Source: Candidatus Moraniibacteriota bacterium
GTDB lineage: Bacteria > Patescibacteriota > Minisyncoccia > Moranbacterales > UBA2206
Reading direction: 5' to 3'
DNA: 64,000 nucleotides
Assembly: GCA_037137555.1 (NCBI GenBank)
Contig: JBAXKA010000002.1
Location: forward strand, 3,133-67,132
The notes under the pieces were generated by a model. That model saw only the letters and a list, made by a program, of their open reading frames with translations, did not search any database and was not told the origin of the DNA. Made by a program: the position numbers and the translations under genes. Position 1 is the stretch's first letter, and the number at the start of each line of letters is the position of its first letter. Positions 9,919-18,942 of the stretch are shown here, piece by piece.

Positions 9919-11910
9919 GTGAAAAATAAAAATATAAAAACGCAATTATACCTATTTTTGCTTTTTTTAATAGTAGCTTTGTTTTGTTTTGGGGAAAAAA
10001 TATTCGCGCAAACTATTCCTGATGTTATTTTTAGTGCCGTTCAAACGAGTGGCTTATCATCAAACGATGATTTTATAGAACTTTACAACACTACCTGCGT
10101 AGCCATTGATTTATCCGACTGGAAAATAATAAAAAAAACAAAAACGGGAATAACAGAAACTCCAATTGGAACATTAAAAAAATCTATCCCTGCAAAAGGC
10201 TACTTTCTCTGGGAAAACATAAAAGATGGCTTGACTGGAGTTCCTGACTATACTACAAAAACATATTATTTATCTGATGATTATAGCATCGCTCTTTTTA
10301 ATAAAGATGAAAAACAAATAGACTCAATTACTTGGGGAATAAATCAAAATCCTTTTGCAAATACATTGACATATTCAAACAATCCCAAAAAATTAGAAAC
10401 ATTAAAAAGATCGTTGGATAATATTTTTTCAATTACAGAAAATTATTCACCAAAAGATTCTTCACTTACTGAAATAGGCGAAATTGCTTTATGTCAAAAA
10501 ACAGAACCCCCAAAAGAAGATTTGCTTGTTGAAAAAAATTATTCTGACAAAATAATAATCAACGAATTATTTCCGGCACCAACTGCTGATTCTGGAAATG
10601 AAGAATTTATTGAATTATATAATTTAAGCGAAAAAGATGAAAATCTTTCTGGTTGGATTTTGCGAGACTCATCAAAAACGGGAAAATATACTTTTCCTGA
10701 AAGCATAACAATAAAAACAAAAAGTTTTTTAGTTGTTGCTAAAAAAGATTTTGAATTTGCTCTGAATAATTCCGGTGGAGAAAAAGTTTTGCTTTTTAAT
10801 CCAGCTGAAAAAGAAATTTCTCGTGTAGAATATACTTCTTCTGCCAAAACTAATTATTCTTATGCTTTCAATGGAACAGCTTGGCAATGGACAAGCAAGG
10901 CTACTAAGGGAGCGGAAAATAAATTTGATGAAGTGCTTTCTGGGGAAATTAAAAAAGATAAAATAATTTATGTTAATATGTATGCTAATTTCGAAGCAAC
11001 GACTGATGATAAGGCCAAGCATTTTACTTGGAATTTTGGTGATGGGCATAAAAGTTATCTTAAAAAAACACGCCATAAATACGAAAAAACGGGAAGATAT
11101 TTAGCCTCGCTAAAAGTTACTGGCGAAGGTGCTGATAATTTAATTAATTTTGAAGTGGTAGTGGAAAAATTTGGCAAAGCCAAAGTGCAGATTATTTCGC
11201 TTTCACCAAATCCCAAAGGACTTGATTCTAAGAATGAATGGCTAGAAATTTTAAATGCGACTAAGAAAAAAATTGATCTTAAAGGCTGGAGCGTTGCCAC
11301 TGGCTGGAAAAATTTAGCCAATCATCCTATCACTAAAAAATTTATTTTAAAATCCGGTGAGGCAAGAAAATTGACACGCGATTTTTGCGCTTTTTCTTTG
11401 GGAAATAAACAAGCGAAAATTGAATTGCGTTATCCTGATGGAAAAGTAGCCGATAAAATTAAATATGATCGCAAAGATGATTCGATTGCGGAAGATGAAA
11501 TTTATCAAAAAGAAAACGCTGATTGGCAATGGCTGGAAACACAAAAAGTAATTGTTGAAGAAAAAGCTCCGGCATTGTCAGAAGAAATAATAGAAAAAAT
11601 AGAACCAAAAAAAGAAACTGTGCCAGAAGAAGAAAATAAAAATAATTTTCCAGAAATAAACCAAGAAAATGCTGATTTTGATTTGGCCGATTTGGGAAAA
11701 TATAGCGAAGATCCTATTTGGCGACAAAAACAAGCAAGACAAAATGCGCTACTTTTTGCGGGATCAAACATTTCACCAGAAAAAATATTATTTCAAAACC
11801 AAAGTCGAGTATTGGGAGCTTCTTCGATAATTATTCCTGCCACAAAAAATTCGGATCAATTCTGGAAAAGAATCAATGCTAAGTTGAATGAGTTTATTTG
11901 GTTTTTTTGA
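9919..11910 (+). CDS. secreted protein with three lamin-tail domains (LTD) and one PKD domain
   Basis: Signal peptide. LTD signatures 'NDDFIELYNTT...LSDWKI', 'GNEEFIELYNLS...LSGWILRD' and 'KNEWLEILNAT..IDLKGWSVA'. PKD-like 'HFTWNFGDGHKSYLKKTRHKYEKTGRYLASLKVTGEG'. Confidence 0.75.
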   Translation: MKNKNIKTQLYLFLLFLIVALFCFGEKIFAQTIPDVIFSAVQTSGLSSNDDFIELYNTTCVAIDLSDWKIIKKTKTGITETPIGTLKKSIPAKGYFLWENIKDGLTGVPDYTTKTYYLSDDYSIALFNKDEKQIDSITWGINQNPFANTLTYSNNPKKLETLKRSLDNIFSITENYSPKDSSLTEIGEIALCQKTEPPKEDLLVEKNYSDKIIINELFPAPTADSGNEEFIELYNLSEKDENLSGWILRDSSKTGKYTFPESITIKTKSFLVVAKKDFEFALNNSGGEKVLLFNPAEKEISRVEYTSSAKTNYSYAFNGTAWQWTSKATKGAENKFDEVLSGEIKKDKIIYVNMYANFEATTDDKAKHFTWNFGDGHKSYLKKTRHKYEKTGRYLASLKVTGEGADNLINFEVVVEKFGKAKVQIISLSPNPKGLDSKNEWLEILNATKKKIDLKGWSVATGWKNLANHPITKKFILKSGEARKLTRDFCAFSLGNKQAKIELRYPDGKVADKIKYDRKDDSIAEDEIYQKENADWQWLETQKVIVEEKAPALSEEIIEKIEPKKETVPEEENKNNFPEINQENADFDLADLGKYSEDPIWRQKQARQNALLFAGSNISPEKILFQNQSRVLGASSIIIPATKNSDQFWKRINAKLNEFIWFF

Positions 11911-11974
11911 TATTTATAAAATTCATGCTATATTTATTATAAGTTTAATAAAAAAATAATTTAATAAAAAAAAT

Positions 11975-12178
11975 ATGTCGCATCCAAAACATTTATACAT
12001 CACGGGTTTTGTTACTGGCACAATCTCGGGACTACTTTCATCACTAACAGCTTTTAGTATGATCGTATTTATTTCTGACGGAAACAGTGTGGCAAGTCTT
12101 TCTATTATAACAACAGTAGTTGGGGCATTAGTCGGACTTTTTGTAGCCTTCGTAATCCACAAAACATCAAAGGCCTAG
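11975..12178 (+). CDS. small membrane protein (2 TM), hypothetical
   Basis: 67 aa with two hydrophobic helices. Its composition is not typical of AT-rich junk ORFs. Confidence 0.4.
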   Translation: MSHPKHLYITGFVTGTISGLLSSLTAFSMIVFISDGNSVASLSIITTVVGALVGLFVAFVIHKTSKA

Positions 12179-12291
12179 AAAGCGCCAAAAAATTAACTTT
12201 CTTTTAAAAAAGAAATGTCCCTGGCAAGATTGCTAGTGGCATGTTTTTCATGAGATTTTTTGTAATCAACATAAGCACATTTTTAATAATA

Positions 12292-12703
12292 ATGGACCCA
12301 CGAAAATTCAAAAATAAATACACAGCAAGCTCCGTCAGATTAAAAAATTATAATTACGCTCAAGACGGATTATATTTCGTGACGATTTGCACTAAATAAT
12401 CAATCATTTACTGGTGTTCTGACGCTGGGTAGAGACACATTGCAATGTGTCTCTACGGGTACTACACAACATAAAAATAAATTTGGCCCGCAAATAAATA
12501 ATTTATCATCAATTATTAGAGGATTTAAAGGTGCCGTAACAAAGCATACGAATATGTATTACCCACATTCCTTATGGCAACCAAAATTCTATGACCACAT
12601 AATCCGCAACGATGAAACATTGAATAAAATCCGTGAATATATAATCAAAAATCCGGAAATGTGGGAACGAAATAAAAATAATATAGAAAATATATTTATC
12701 TGA
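12292..12703 (+). pseudogene. degenerate IS200/IS605-family Y1 (RAYT/TnpA_REP-like) transposase: N- and C-terminal fragments, catalytic HUH core deleted
   Basis: N-fragment 'MDPRKFKNKYTASSVRLKNYNYAQDGLYFVTICTK*' (12292..12399). C-fragment 'IRGFKGAVTKHTNMYYPHSLWQPKFYDHIIRNDETLNKIREYIIKNPEMW' (within the 12440..12703 ORF). The HxH-containing middle is absent. Confidence 0.7.
12429..12456. repeat. 28-nt perfect palindrome GTAGAGACACATTGCAATGTGTCTCTAC (REP-like hairpin) at the deletion junction of the transposase pseudogene
   Basis: The palindrome was read directly in the sequence. Its outer arms GTAGAGAC/GTCTCTAC are shared with the element at 50662..50690. Confidence 0.8.
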
Positions 12704-12770
12704 AAAAATGTCTTGAAATTATTTTCATAAGATGCTAAGCTGGAAATAGAAAAATAATTACAACTTTTTT

Positions 12771-13487
12771 ATGTCTGGACACTCACATTGGGCGGGAATA
12801 AAACAACGAAAAGGAATTAACGATGCCAAGCGCGGTAAAATTTTTACTAAATTTGGAAAGTTAGTCACGATTGCGGCACGAGATGGTGGCGGAAAATTAG
12901 ATGCTAATTTTCAGTTGCGTATGGCGGTTGATCGTGCGCGCGAAATGAATATGCCCAAAGAAAATATTGAAAGAGCGATCAAGCGAGGAACGGGTGAAAT
13001 TAAAGGTGCAATGATTGAAGAAATATTATATGAAGCAGTTGGACCAGGTGAATTAATGTTGCTTATTTCTTGCACAACAGATAATAAAAATCGCACAGTG
13101 TCTGAAGTAAAAACTATTTTAACAAAAAATAACTCCAAGCTCGGCGAAAAAGGCAGTGCTATGTGGAATTTTGAACAAGTTGGCAATATCAGCCTTGCTC
13201 TTGAAAATAAAGATGTGACGGAATTGGAAATGCTCGCGATTGAAGCTGGTGCTAAAGATACAATGCGAGAAGATGATTTGCTAAATATAATCACAGAAGT
13301 AAAAGATTTTGCTCGTGTGCGGGAAAGTCTTGAAAAAGAAAAATTAAAAATAATTGATTCTGGTTTAATTTATTTGCCAAAAAATACTATTACGGTCGAT
13401 GAAAAAGCTCGTGAAAGCTTTGAAAATCTCATGGAACTTTTGGATGATCATGATGATGTCAGTGAAATTTATAATAATTTAGCATAA
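12771..13487 (+). CDS. yebC: YebC/PmpR family DNA-binding transcriptional regulator
   Basis: 'MSGHSHWAGIKQRKG' N-terminus and overall YebC architecture. Confidence 0.9.
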   Translation: MSGHSHWAGIKQRKGINDAKRGKIFTKFGKLVTIAARDGGGKLDANFQLRMAVDRAREMNMPKENIERAIKRGTGEIKGAMIEEILYEAVGPGELMLLISCTTDNKNRTVSEVKTILTKNNSKLGEKGSAMWNFEQVGNISLALENKDVTELEMLAIEAGAKDTMREDDLLNIITEVKDFARVRESLEKEKLKIIDSGLIYLPKNTITVDEKARESFENLMELLDDHDDVSEIYNNLA

Positions 13488-13489
13488 CC

Positions 13490-13984
13490 ATGAAAATTTT
13501 AGGCATAGATCCTGGCACAGCCACAACTGGCTGGGGAATTATTGAAATACAGGGAGGCAAGCTTTTGCCTTTGGCTTATGGTCATATCAGCACTTCAAAA
13601 GATAACAGCGACGATGAAAGAATTCTAGAAGTTTCGCTAGATTTAGAAAAAATAATTAAAGAACATAAACCGGAAGAAGCTGCCATTGAAAGTTTGTTTT
13701 TTTTTAAAAACCAAAAAACCGTTATTCAAGTTGCTCAATCGCGTGGAGCAATTCTCTTGACTTTAAAGCAAAATGATGTTAAGGTTTTTAGTTACACTCC
13801 ACTCCAAGTTAAGCAAGCACTCACGGGTTACGGCCGAGCAGAAAAAAAGCAGATGCAACAAATGATTAAAAATATTCTGCATCTGGGCTCTGTGCCAAAA
13901 CCAGATGATGTCGCTGATGCACTGGCTATTGCTGTGTGTCATGCCAATAGTCGTGCCATAATTAGTTTAAGAAAAAACGCATGA
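13490..13984 (+). CDS. ruvC: crossover junction endodeoxyribonuclease RuvC
   Basis: 'MKILGIDPGTATTGWGIIE' and C-terminal 'DDVADALAIAVCHA'. Confidence 0.92.
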   Translation: MKILGIDPGTATTGWGIIEIQGGKLLPLAYGHISTSKDNSDDERILEVSLDLEKIIKEHKPEEAAIESLFFFKNQKTVIQVAQSRGAILLTLKQNDVKVFSYTPLQVKQALTGYGRAEKKQMQQMIKNILHLGSVPKPDDVADALAIAVCHANSRAIISLRKNA

Positions 13985-14646
13985 ATGAATTTAATTTTAG
14001 CATTAGCCCAATTTTAACTTTCTTTTTAAATACTGGCGTGCCATTTGAAACAATCAAATTAATTTTAATGCTTCCAATTATTGCCACTTTTATTGCTTTT
14101 TTGCGTCAGGTTGTGGGAATAAAAGCCTTTGGAATTTATACTCCCCTACTTATAACTTTTGCTTTTCTAGCGACTAATGGCATCAAATATGGCATCGCAA
14201 TTTTTATAATTATTATTCTTATTGGCATGCTGATGAGAATTGCACTTAAATCTTTTCGTTTGCTTTATCTTCCCCGCGTTGCCATCATGCTCACTATTGT
14301 TGCTTTGTCTATTTTAATTATGCTCGCTATTGGCGGAAGCTTAAAAAGAACTGGTCTGGCGTCTGTGTCAATTTTTCCAATCCTAATTATGATTACGCTA
14401 GTGGAAAAATTTATTGCTGTTCAAATTGAAAAAGGCGACCGAGCAGCGATCTTTCTAGCAACCGAGACTTTAGTTATTTCTATTTTAGGTTTTTATCTCG
14501 CTAGCTGGGAAACACTGATTCATTTTGTAACTTTTTATCCTTGGGTTATTCTGCTCACTATTCCGCTCAATGTTATACTTGGCAAATGGACCGGATTGCG
14601 TTTGAGTGAATATTTGCGTTTCGGAGAAATTATAAAAAGAAGTTAG
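13981..14646 (+). CDS. 7-TM integral membrane protein (7TM_transglut-like, without a transglutaminase domain)
   Basis: Seven predicted TM helices. The start overlaps the ruvC stop (ATGA). It is immediately followed by ATP-grasp genes, as in the RimK-like/7TM neighbourhoods described by Iyer et al. Confidence 0.6.
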   Translation: MNEFNFSISPILTFFLNTGVPFETIKLILMLPIIATFIAFLRQVVGIKAFGIYTPLLITFAFLATNGIKYGIAIFIIIILIGMLMRIALKSFRLLYLPRVAIMLTIVALSILIMLAIGGSLKRTGLASVSIFPILIMITLVEKFIAVQIEKGDRAAIFLATETLVISILGFYLASWETLIHFVTFYPWVILLTIPLNVILGKWTGLRLSEYLRFGEIIKRS

Positions 14647-14650
14647 GCCT

Positions 14651-16045
14651 ATGTTTGAATTTATTAAAAAAAGTCGGGGCATCTTAGGAATGAATTCTAG
14701 AAATTTGGAATATATCCGTCCCTATAATCGTGCTTGTGCCAAAAAATTGGCCGACAATAAATTGCTGAGCAAGAAAATTCTCAAAAAAAATGACATTGCT
14801 GTTCCAGCACTTATTGCTCAAATTAAAACACTGGAGGATTTGGATATTTTTGATTGGCACGCTTTGCCTGATAGTTTTGTCCTAAAACCTAATCGGGGAT
14901 TTGGTGGTGAGGGAATTATTGTGATTTATGGTCGCAAAAAAAATCGCACAGATGTTTGGGTGAAAGCTGATGGATCGAGTATTTCCATTGATGACCTTAA
15001 AAATCACACCAGAAATATTCTTGATGGATCATATTCATTGTCTGGTATTCCTGATATTGCTTTTTTTGAGGAACGCTTAAAACTTTTAAAACTTTTCAAG
15101 CCTTATGCTTTTAAAGGAATTCCGGATATTCGTATTATTGTTTTTAATAAAATGCCGATCATGGCAATGCTTCGCCTTCCTACTAAAGGCTCACACGGAA
15201 AAGCTAATTTAGCACAAGGTGCCATTGGTGTTGGTATCGACTTGGCTTCTGGCGTAACCACAACAGCAGTACTGGGCAAACAAAAAATTATTGAATATTT
15301 ACCAAACACAAAACTCTTGCTTTCTGGAATTAAAATTCCCTACTGGCTAGATATTTTAACTTTAGCTGTGCGATCGCAAGAAATTTCTGGATTAGGTTTT
15401 CTTGGTGTGGATATAGCGATTGATAAAGATCGCGGACCAGTAATTTTGGAACTTAATGCTCGGCCAGGATTAGCTATTCAAGTGGCTAATCTTGATGGAC
15501 TAAAAAGACGCTTAAAAAAAGCCGCTGGCATTAAAATCAAAACGACTAAAAAAGGCATTCGTGTTGGTATGGATCTTTTTGGAGGAGAAATTGAAGAAGA
15601 GTTGGAAGAAATTTCTGGAAAAAAAGTCATTGGCACTGTGGAAAAAATAAAACTAATCGGCAAGGACGGAAAAGAAATTGAAGTGGAAGCAAAAATCGAT
15701 ACTGGTGCTGACTGGTCATCAATTGATAATGAACTGGCCAAAAAATTAGGCTTCACGGAAACAATTGAAGAATTTGAAAAATTAAAAATGCCCTATGAAA
15801 ACTTAAAAAATTTAGACAAAGAAAAACGCTGGGAAATTTATAAAAATATTCCTCATATTGCCTCGACCATTCCAGTTAAGTCTTCCAACGGTTACACTTA
15901 TCGGCCAATGATTAATATCGAATTCGTTATGGACAGCATAGCCGTATCCACGAAAATAACTGTAATTGATCGTTCTCATATGCAATATCCTATGATTATC
16001 GGAAAAGTTAATTTGAAAAAGTTTTTAATTGATACAAGCAAATAA
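14651..16045 (+). CDS. RimK-family ATP-grasp ligase fused to a C-terminal retropepsin-like (PF05618 'Zn_protease'-type) domain
   Basis: ATP-grasp motifs 'LKPNRGFGGEGIIV', 'DIRIIVFN', 'GKANLAQGAIGVGIDL', 'ELNARPGL'. C-terminal 'AKIDTGADWSSI' and 'DRSHMQYPMIIGKVNLKKFLIDTS' match the retropepsin-like domain signature. Confidence 0.75.
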   Translation: MFEFIKKSRGILGMNSRNLEYIRPYNRACAKKLADNKLLSKKILKKNDIAVPALIAQIKTLEDLDIFDWHALPDSFVLKPNRGFGGEGIIVIYGRKKNRTDVWVKADGSSISIDDLKNHTRNILDGSYSLSGIPDIAFFEERLKLLKLFKPYAFKGIPDIRIIVFNKMPIMAMLRLPTKGSHGKANLAQGAIGVGIDLASGVTTTAVLGKQKIIEYLPNTKLLLSGIKIPYWLDILTLAVRSQEISGLGFLGVDIAIDKDRGPVILELNARPGLAIQVANLDGLKRRLKKAAGIKIKTTKKGIRVGMDLFGGEIEEELEEISGKKVIGTVEKIKLIGKDGKEIEVEAKIDTGADWSSIDNELAKKLGFTETIEEFEKLKMPYENLKNLDKEKRWEIYKNIPHIASTIPVKSSNGYTYRPMINIEFVMDSIAVSTKITVIDRSHMQYPMIIGKVNLKKFLIDTSK

Positions 16046-16049
16046 GCCT

Positions 16050-16949
16050 ATGCTCCTTATTCTCAGAAGTAAAAAAAGAATTTTAAAAAAAGTTAAAAAA
16101 TTCAACGAACTAATCTCTCATCATCTAAAAAACGCAGGGGTTGATTTTTCTTTTGCCAGTTTTGAAGACATTGAAATTTTTATGGAAACTGGCAAGATAA
16201 ATCTTCTTATTGATGACAAGCCACTGCAAAACTGGAAAACTATTTATCCACGAAAGGTTGGAGAATATCGAATATTAGCCTTTATTTTGGCAAACTTAAG
16301 CAAGAAAAATAAACTAATTTTTATTGATCGCTTTTTGGAAAATTCTTCCTCCACAACTAAAATTGTTCAGATGTTTCAATTTGCTCAAAATAAAATACCC
16401 ATTCCAAAAACATACTACACGACAACATATTCACGAAAGCAATTAAGCTCTGCCGTTAAGTTCTTAGGACTTCCTGTTGTAATAAAAAAATGCAACACAT
16501 CGCAAGGATCAGGAGTGTTTCTAGCTAAAACCGTTTCAGAATTAAACAAATCAATAAAAGCTCTTTTGAAAAGCAAAAATAATGGGTCTATTTTTCTCCA
16601 AGAATTTATTCCAAATGATTTTGAATATAGAATATTTGTGACCGGAAATAAAATTGGGGCCGCCGAAAAAAAGATCAGAACGAAGGCTGGCGAATTTAGA
16701 AATAATGTTCACCTGGGAGCCAGAGAAGAGTTTGTGAAAATATCTGATGTTAAAAAAAATATTCTCAAAATAGCTCTAAAAGCTTCGCACATTTCCAATA
16801 TTCAGGTCTCGGGTGTAGATATTGTTGAAGCAAATGGACGAATAGTTGTGTTTGAAGCAAATAGTTGCCCCGGATTAACTTTTGATGAAAAAATATCGCC
16901 AGAATTAAAAAGCCTAGCTAACTACCTCGAAGAATGCGAAAAAAAATAA
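16050..16949 (+). CDS. RimK-like alpha-L-glutamate ligase (ATP-grasp)
   Basis: Colinear with E. coli RimK: 'LPVVIKKCNTSQGSGVFLAKT', 'DFEYRIFVTGNKIGAAEKKIRTKAGEFRNNVHLGA', 'VSGVDIVEANGRIVVFEANSCPGL'. The ORF is open from 16029. Confidence 0.85.
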   Translation: MLLILRSKKRILKKVKKFNELISHHLKNAGVDFSFASFEDIEIFMETGKINLLIDDKPLQNWKTIYPRKVGEYRILAFILANLSKKNKLIFIDRFLENSSSTTKIVQMFQFAQNKIPIPKTYYTTTYSRKQLSSAVKFLGLPVVIKKCNTSQGSGVFLAKTVSELNKSIKALLKSKNNGSIFLQEFIPNDFEYRIFVTGNKIGAAEKKIRTKAGEFRNNVHLGAREEFVKISDVKKNILKIALKASHISNIQVSGVDIVEANGRIVVFEANSCPGLTFDEKISPELKSLANYLEECEKK

Positions 16950-17872
16950 TTATGTATTATGGACAAGAAAAAACCGGACCAGATCCGTTTTTTAATTTTG
17001 GCCACAAAAAAAGTGTCTATTATTATTTTTTCGAATATGGCAAAAAAATGGGCTTCGATATGTTTTTAGCGAGTGGTAAAAAAAATTATTTAGGCGAGTT
17101 GAATTTTAAAAATCCTCTTTTTTTTGATGGATTAAAATTCAAGCCTACGCAAGAGGCTATTCAAGTTGACGCCGTTTATGACAGAAGTGGCGGATTGAAT
17201 TTTCCCTCACCAGAAATTAAAAAAATACTTAATAACTTAAAATTTAAAACGCTCTGTAATAATAAAAATAGTATGTATGTTTTATTGGGAAAGTTTATGC
17301 CCAAAAGTATTGAAATAAAAAATCAGACTGAATTAAAAACAGCCTTACTAAACTTTCCTGCAAAAAAAATTGCTGTCTTGAAACCCGCAGCTGGACTTGG
17401 TGGAAAAGGCATTGTAATTGACCTTCCTCAAAATTTAGCCAAAGTAATCTTAGAAGAAAAAAAGGAATATGTTTTGCAACAATTCGTGGACACTTCGCAT
17501 GGCATAAAAAATATTACCAAAGAAAAACATGATTTAAGAATTATTATTATTGATGGAGAAATAATTATGGCTAGCGTTAGAACGCCAAAAGAAGGTAGTT
17601 ACTTGGCAAATGTTGCTCAGGGCGGAAAAATACAAGAAATTGATATTAAAAAAATTCCAGCAAAAGCACTTGTGCTAACAAAAAAAATTCAGAAAATTCT
17701 CGACAAAAAATATAATTACCCGTTATATTCTATCGATCTTGGATTTGAAAATGAACAGCCTTATGTTTTTGAATTAAATGATCAAATTGGCTTTCCTTCA
17801 GAAAAAATGCCTGGACATAAAATTTTTATGCATAAATTAATAAAATCATTAGAAAAAATAGCTAACTCTTAA
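16934..17872 (+). CDS. ATP-grasp ligase, RimK/GshB-like paralog
   Basis: 'VLKPAAGLGGKGIVIDL' and 'DLRIIIIDGEIIMASVRTPKEGSYLANVAQGGKIQEI', similar to the RimK core. Confidence 0.7.
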   Translation: MRKKIIMYYGQEKTGPDPFFNFGHKKSVYYYFFEYGKKMGFDMFLASGKKNYLGELNFKNPLFFDGLKFKPTQEAIQVDAVYDRSGGLNFPSPEIKKILNNLKFKTLCNNKNSMYVLLGKFMPKSIEIKNQTELKTALLNFPAKKIAVLKPAAGLGGKGIVIDLPQNLAKVILEEKKEYVLQQFVDTSHGIKNITKEKHDLRIIIIDGEIIMASVRTPKEGSYLANVAQGGKIQEIDIKKIPAKALVLTKKIQKILDKKYNYPLYSIDLGFENEQPYVFELNDQIGFPSEKMPGHKIFMHKLIKSLEKIANS

Positions 17873-17884
17873 TAAATAAATATT

Positions 17885-18856
17885 ATGCAAAAAAATTCAG
17901 CTATCATTAAAAAAATTGTTCGTGAGATGGGTGGAACAATTGAAAAAATAGTGCCAGAGAGAAGTTGTTTTTTAATTAAAATTGCTGGTGAAAAAATATT
18001 ATTTTCCAGAAAATTTCAAATTGCTAGCGACTTTTTTTCCGGCAGAGCTTTGACTGCCCATAAAGATTTAACTTATGTTGCTTTAAAAGAAAACGATCTT
18101 CCAACTCCAGGCTCTGTTTGTTTTTATAAAAAATCTATTAGCACAAAAAACATAGCAACCGAACTTGCTTTGTTGAATTATCCAATCGTAATAAAAGATG
18201 CTAACGGCTCAAATAGCAAAGGCGTTTTTGTTAATATTAAAAATTTAGTTGAAGCAAAAGAAATAATCTTTCAAGAAATAAATAATTTTCCCTACTTAAT
18301 TGCTCAGGAAATGGTTTTTGGCAAAGAATTTCGCGTGCTAGTTTTGGGAAATAAAGTTATCGGCGTTTTAGAGATGATTCCTTCAAGAGTTTTTGGAAAT
18401 GCCAAAAATACTATCCGCGAGTTAATCGAAATAAAGCAACTGAAAATGAGCCGGAAAACTGCTTGCGATATTACATTAAATAAAATATTAGAACTTCAGG
18501 GGTTTAATCTTGAAAGTATTTTAAAAAAAGATCAGACCGTTTTTATAAAAAATAATGCTTGCTTGGCTGAAGGAGGTGAAACAAAAGATGCAACCAGTTT
18601 AATAAATCTAAATATAGAAATTCTTTGTGTCAAAGCCGCAAAAGCAACTGGAAAAAATCTGGCTGGAATTGATATTATTTGTGATGATATTAGTAAGAAT
18701 CCTAGCGAGCAAGCGTTTAGTATTTTAGAAATAAATGGCAAGCCTGATCTCTATATTCACTACAACCCCACTCACGGAAAAACTCAAAATGTGATAAAAC
18801 CAATTATTGATTTCATTTTAAGCTTAAAAAAGACCGGAATTTCTTCGGGTTATTGA
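17885..18856 (+). CDS. ATP-grasp ligase, cyanophycin-synthetase-N-domain/RimK-related paralog
   Basis: 'YPIVIKDANGSNSKGVFV' and 'GKEFRVLVLGNKVIGVLEMIPSRVFGNAKNTIRELIE', similar to the CphA ATP-grasp region. Confidence 0.65.
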   Translation: MQKNSAIIKKIVREMGGTIEKIVPERSCFLIKIAGEKILFSRKFQIASDFFSGRALTAHKDLTYVALKENDLPTPGSVCFYKKSISTKNIATELALLNYPIVIKDANGSNSKGVFVNIKNLVEAKEIIFQEINNFPYLIAQEMVFGKEFRVLVLGNKVIGVLEMIPSRVFGNAKNTIRELIEIKQLKMSRKTACDITLNKILELQGFNLESILKKDQTVFIKNNACLAEGGETKDATSLINLNIEILCVKAAKATGKNLAGIDIICDDISKNPSEQAFSILEINGKPDLYIHYNPTHGKTQNVIKPIIDFILSLKKTGISSGY

Positions 18857-18942
18857 TTGTGGGATTTTTATTTCTCCTTGATATTCCTCCAAAAAAATGC
18901 TAGTCTGCAAACTAGATAAGCCTGTATAAAAAATTCATCTTT

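Noticed and set aside
10539-11771. Chain of minus-strand ORFs across the LTD/PKD protein gene
   Set aside because: They lie opposite a gene with clear domain signatures and are typical shadow ORFs in AT-rich DNA.
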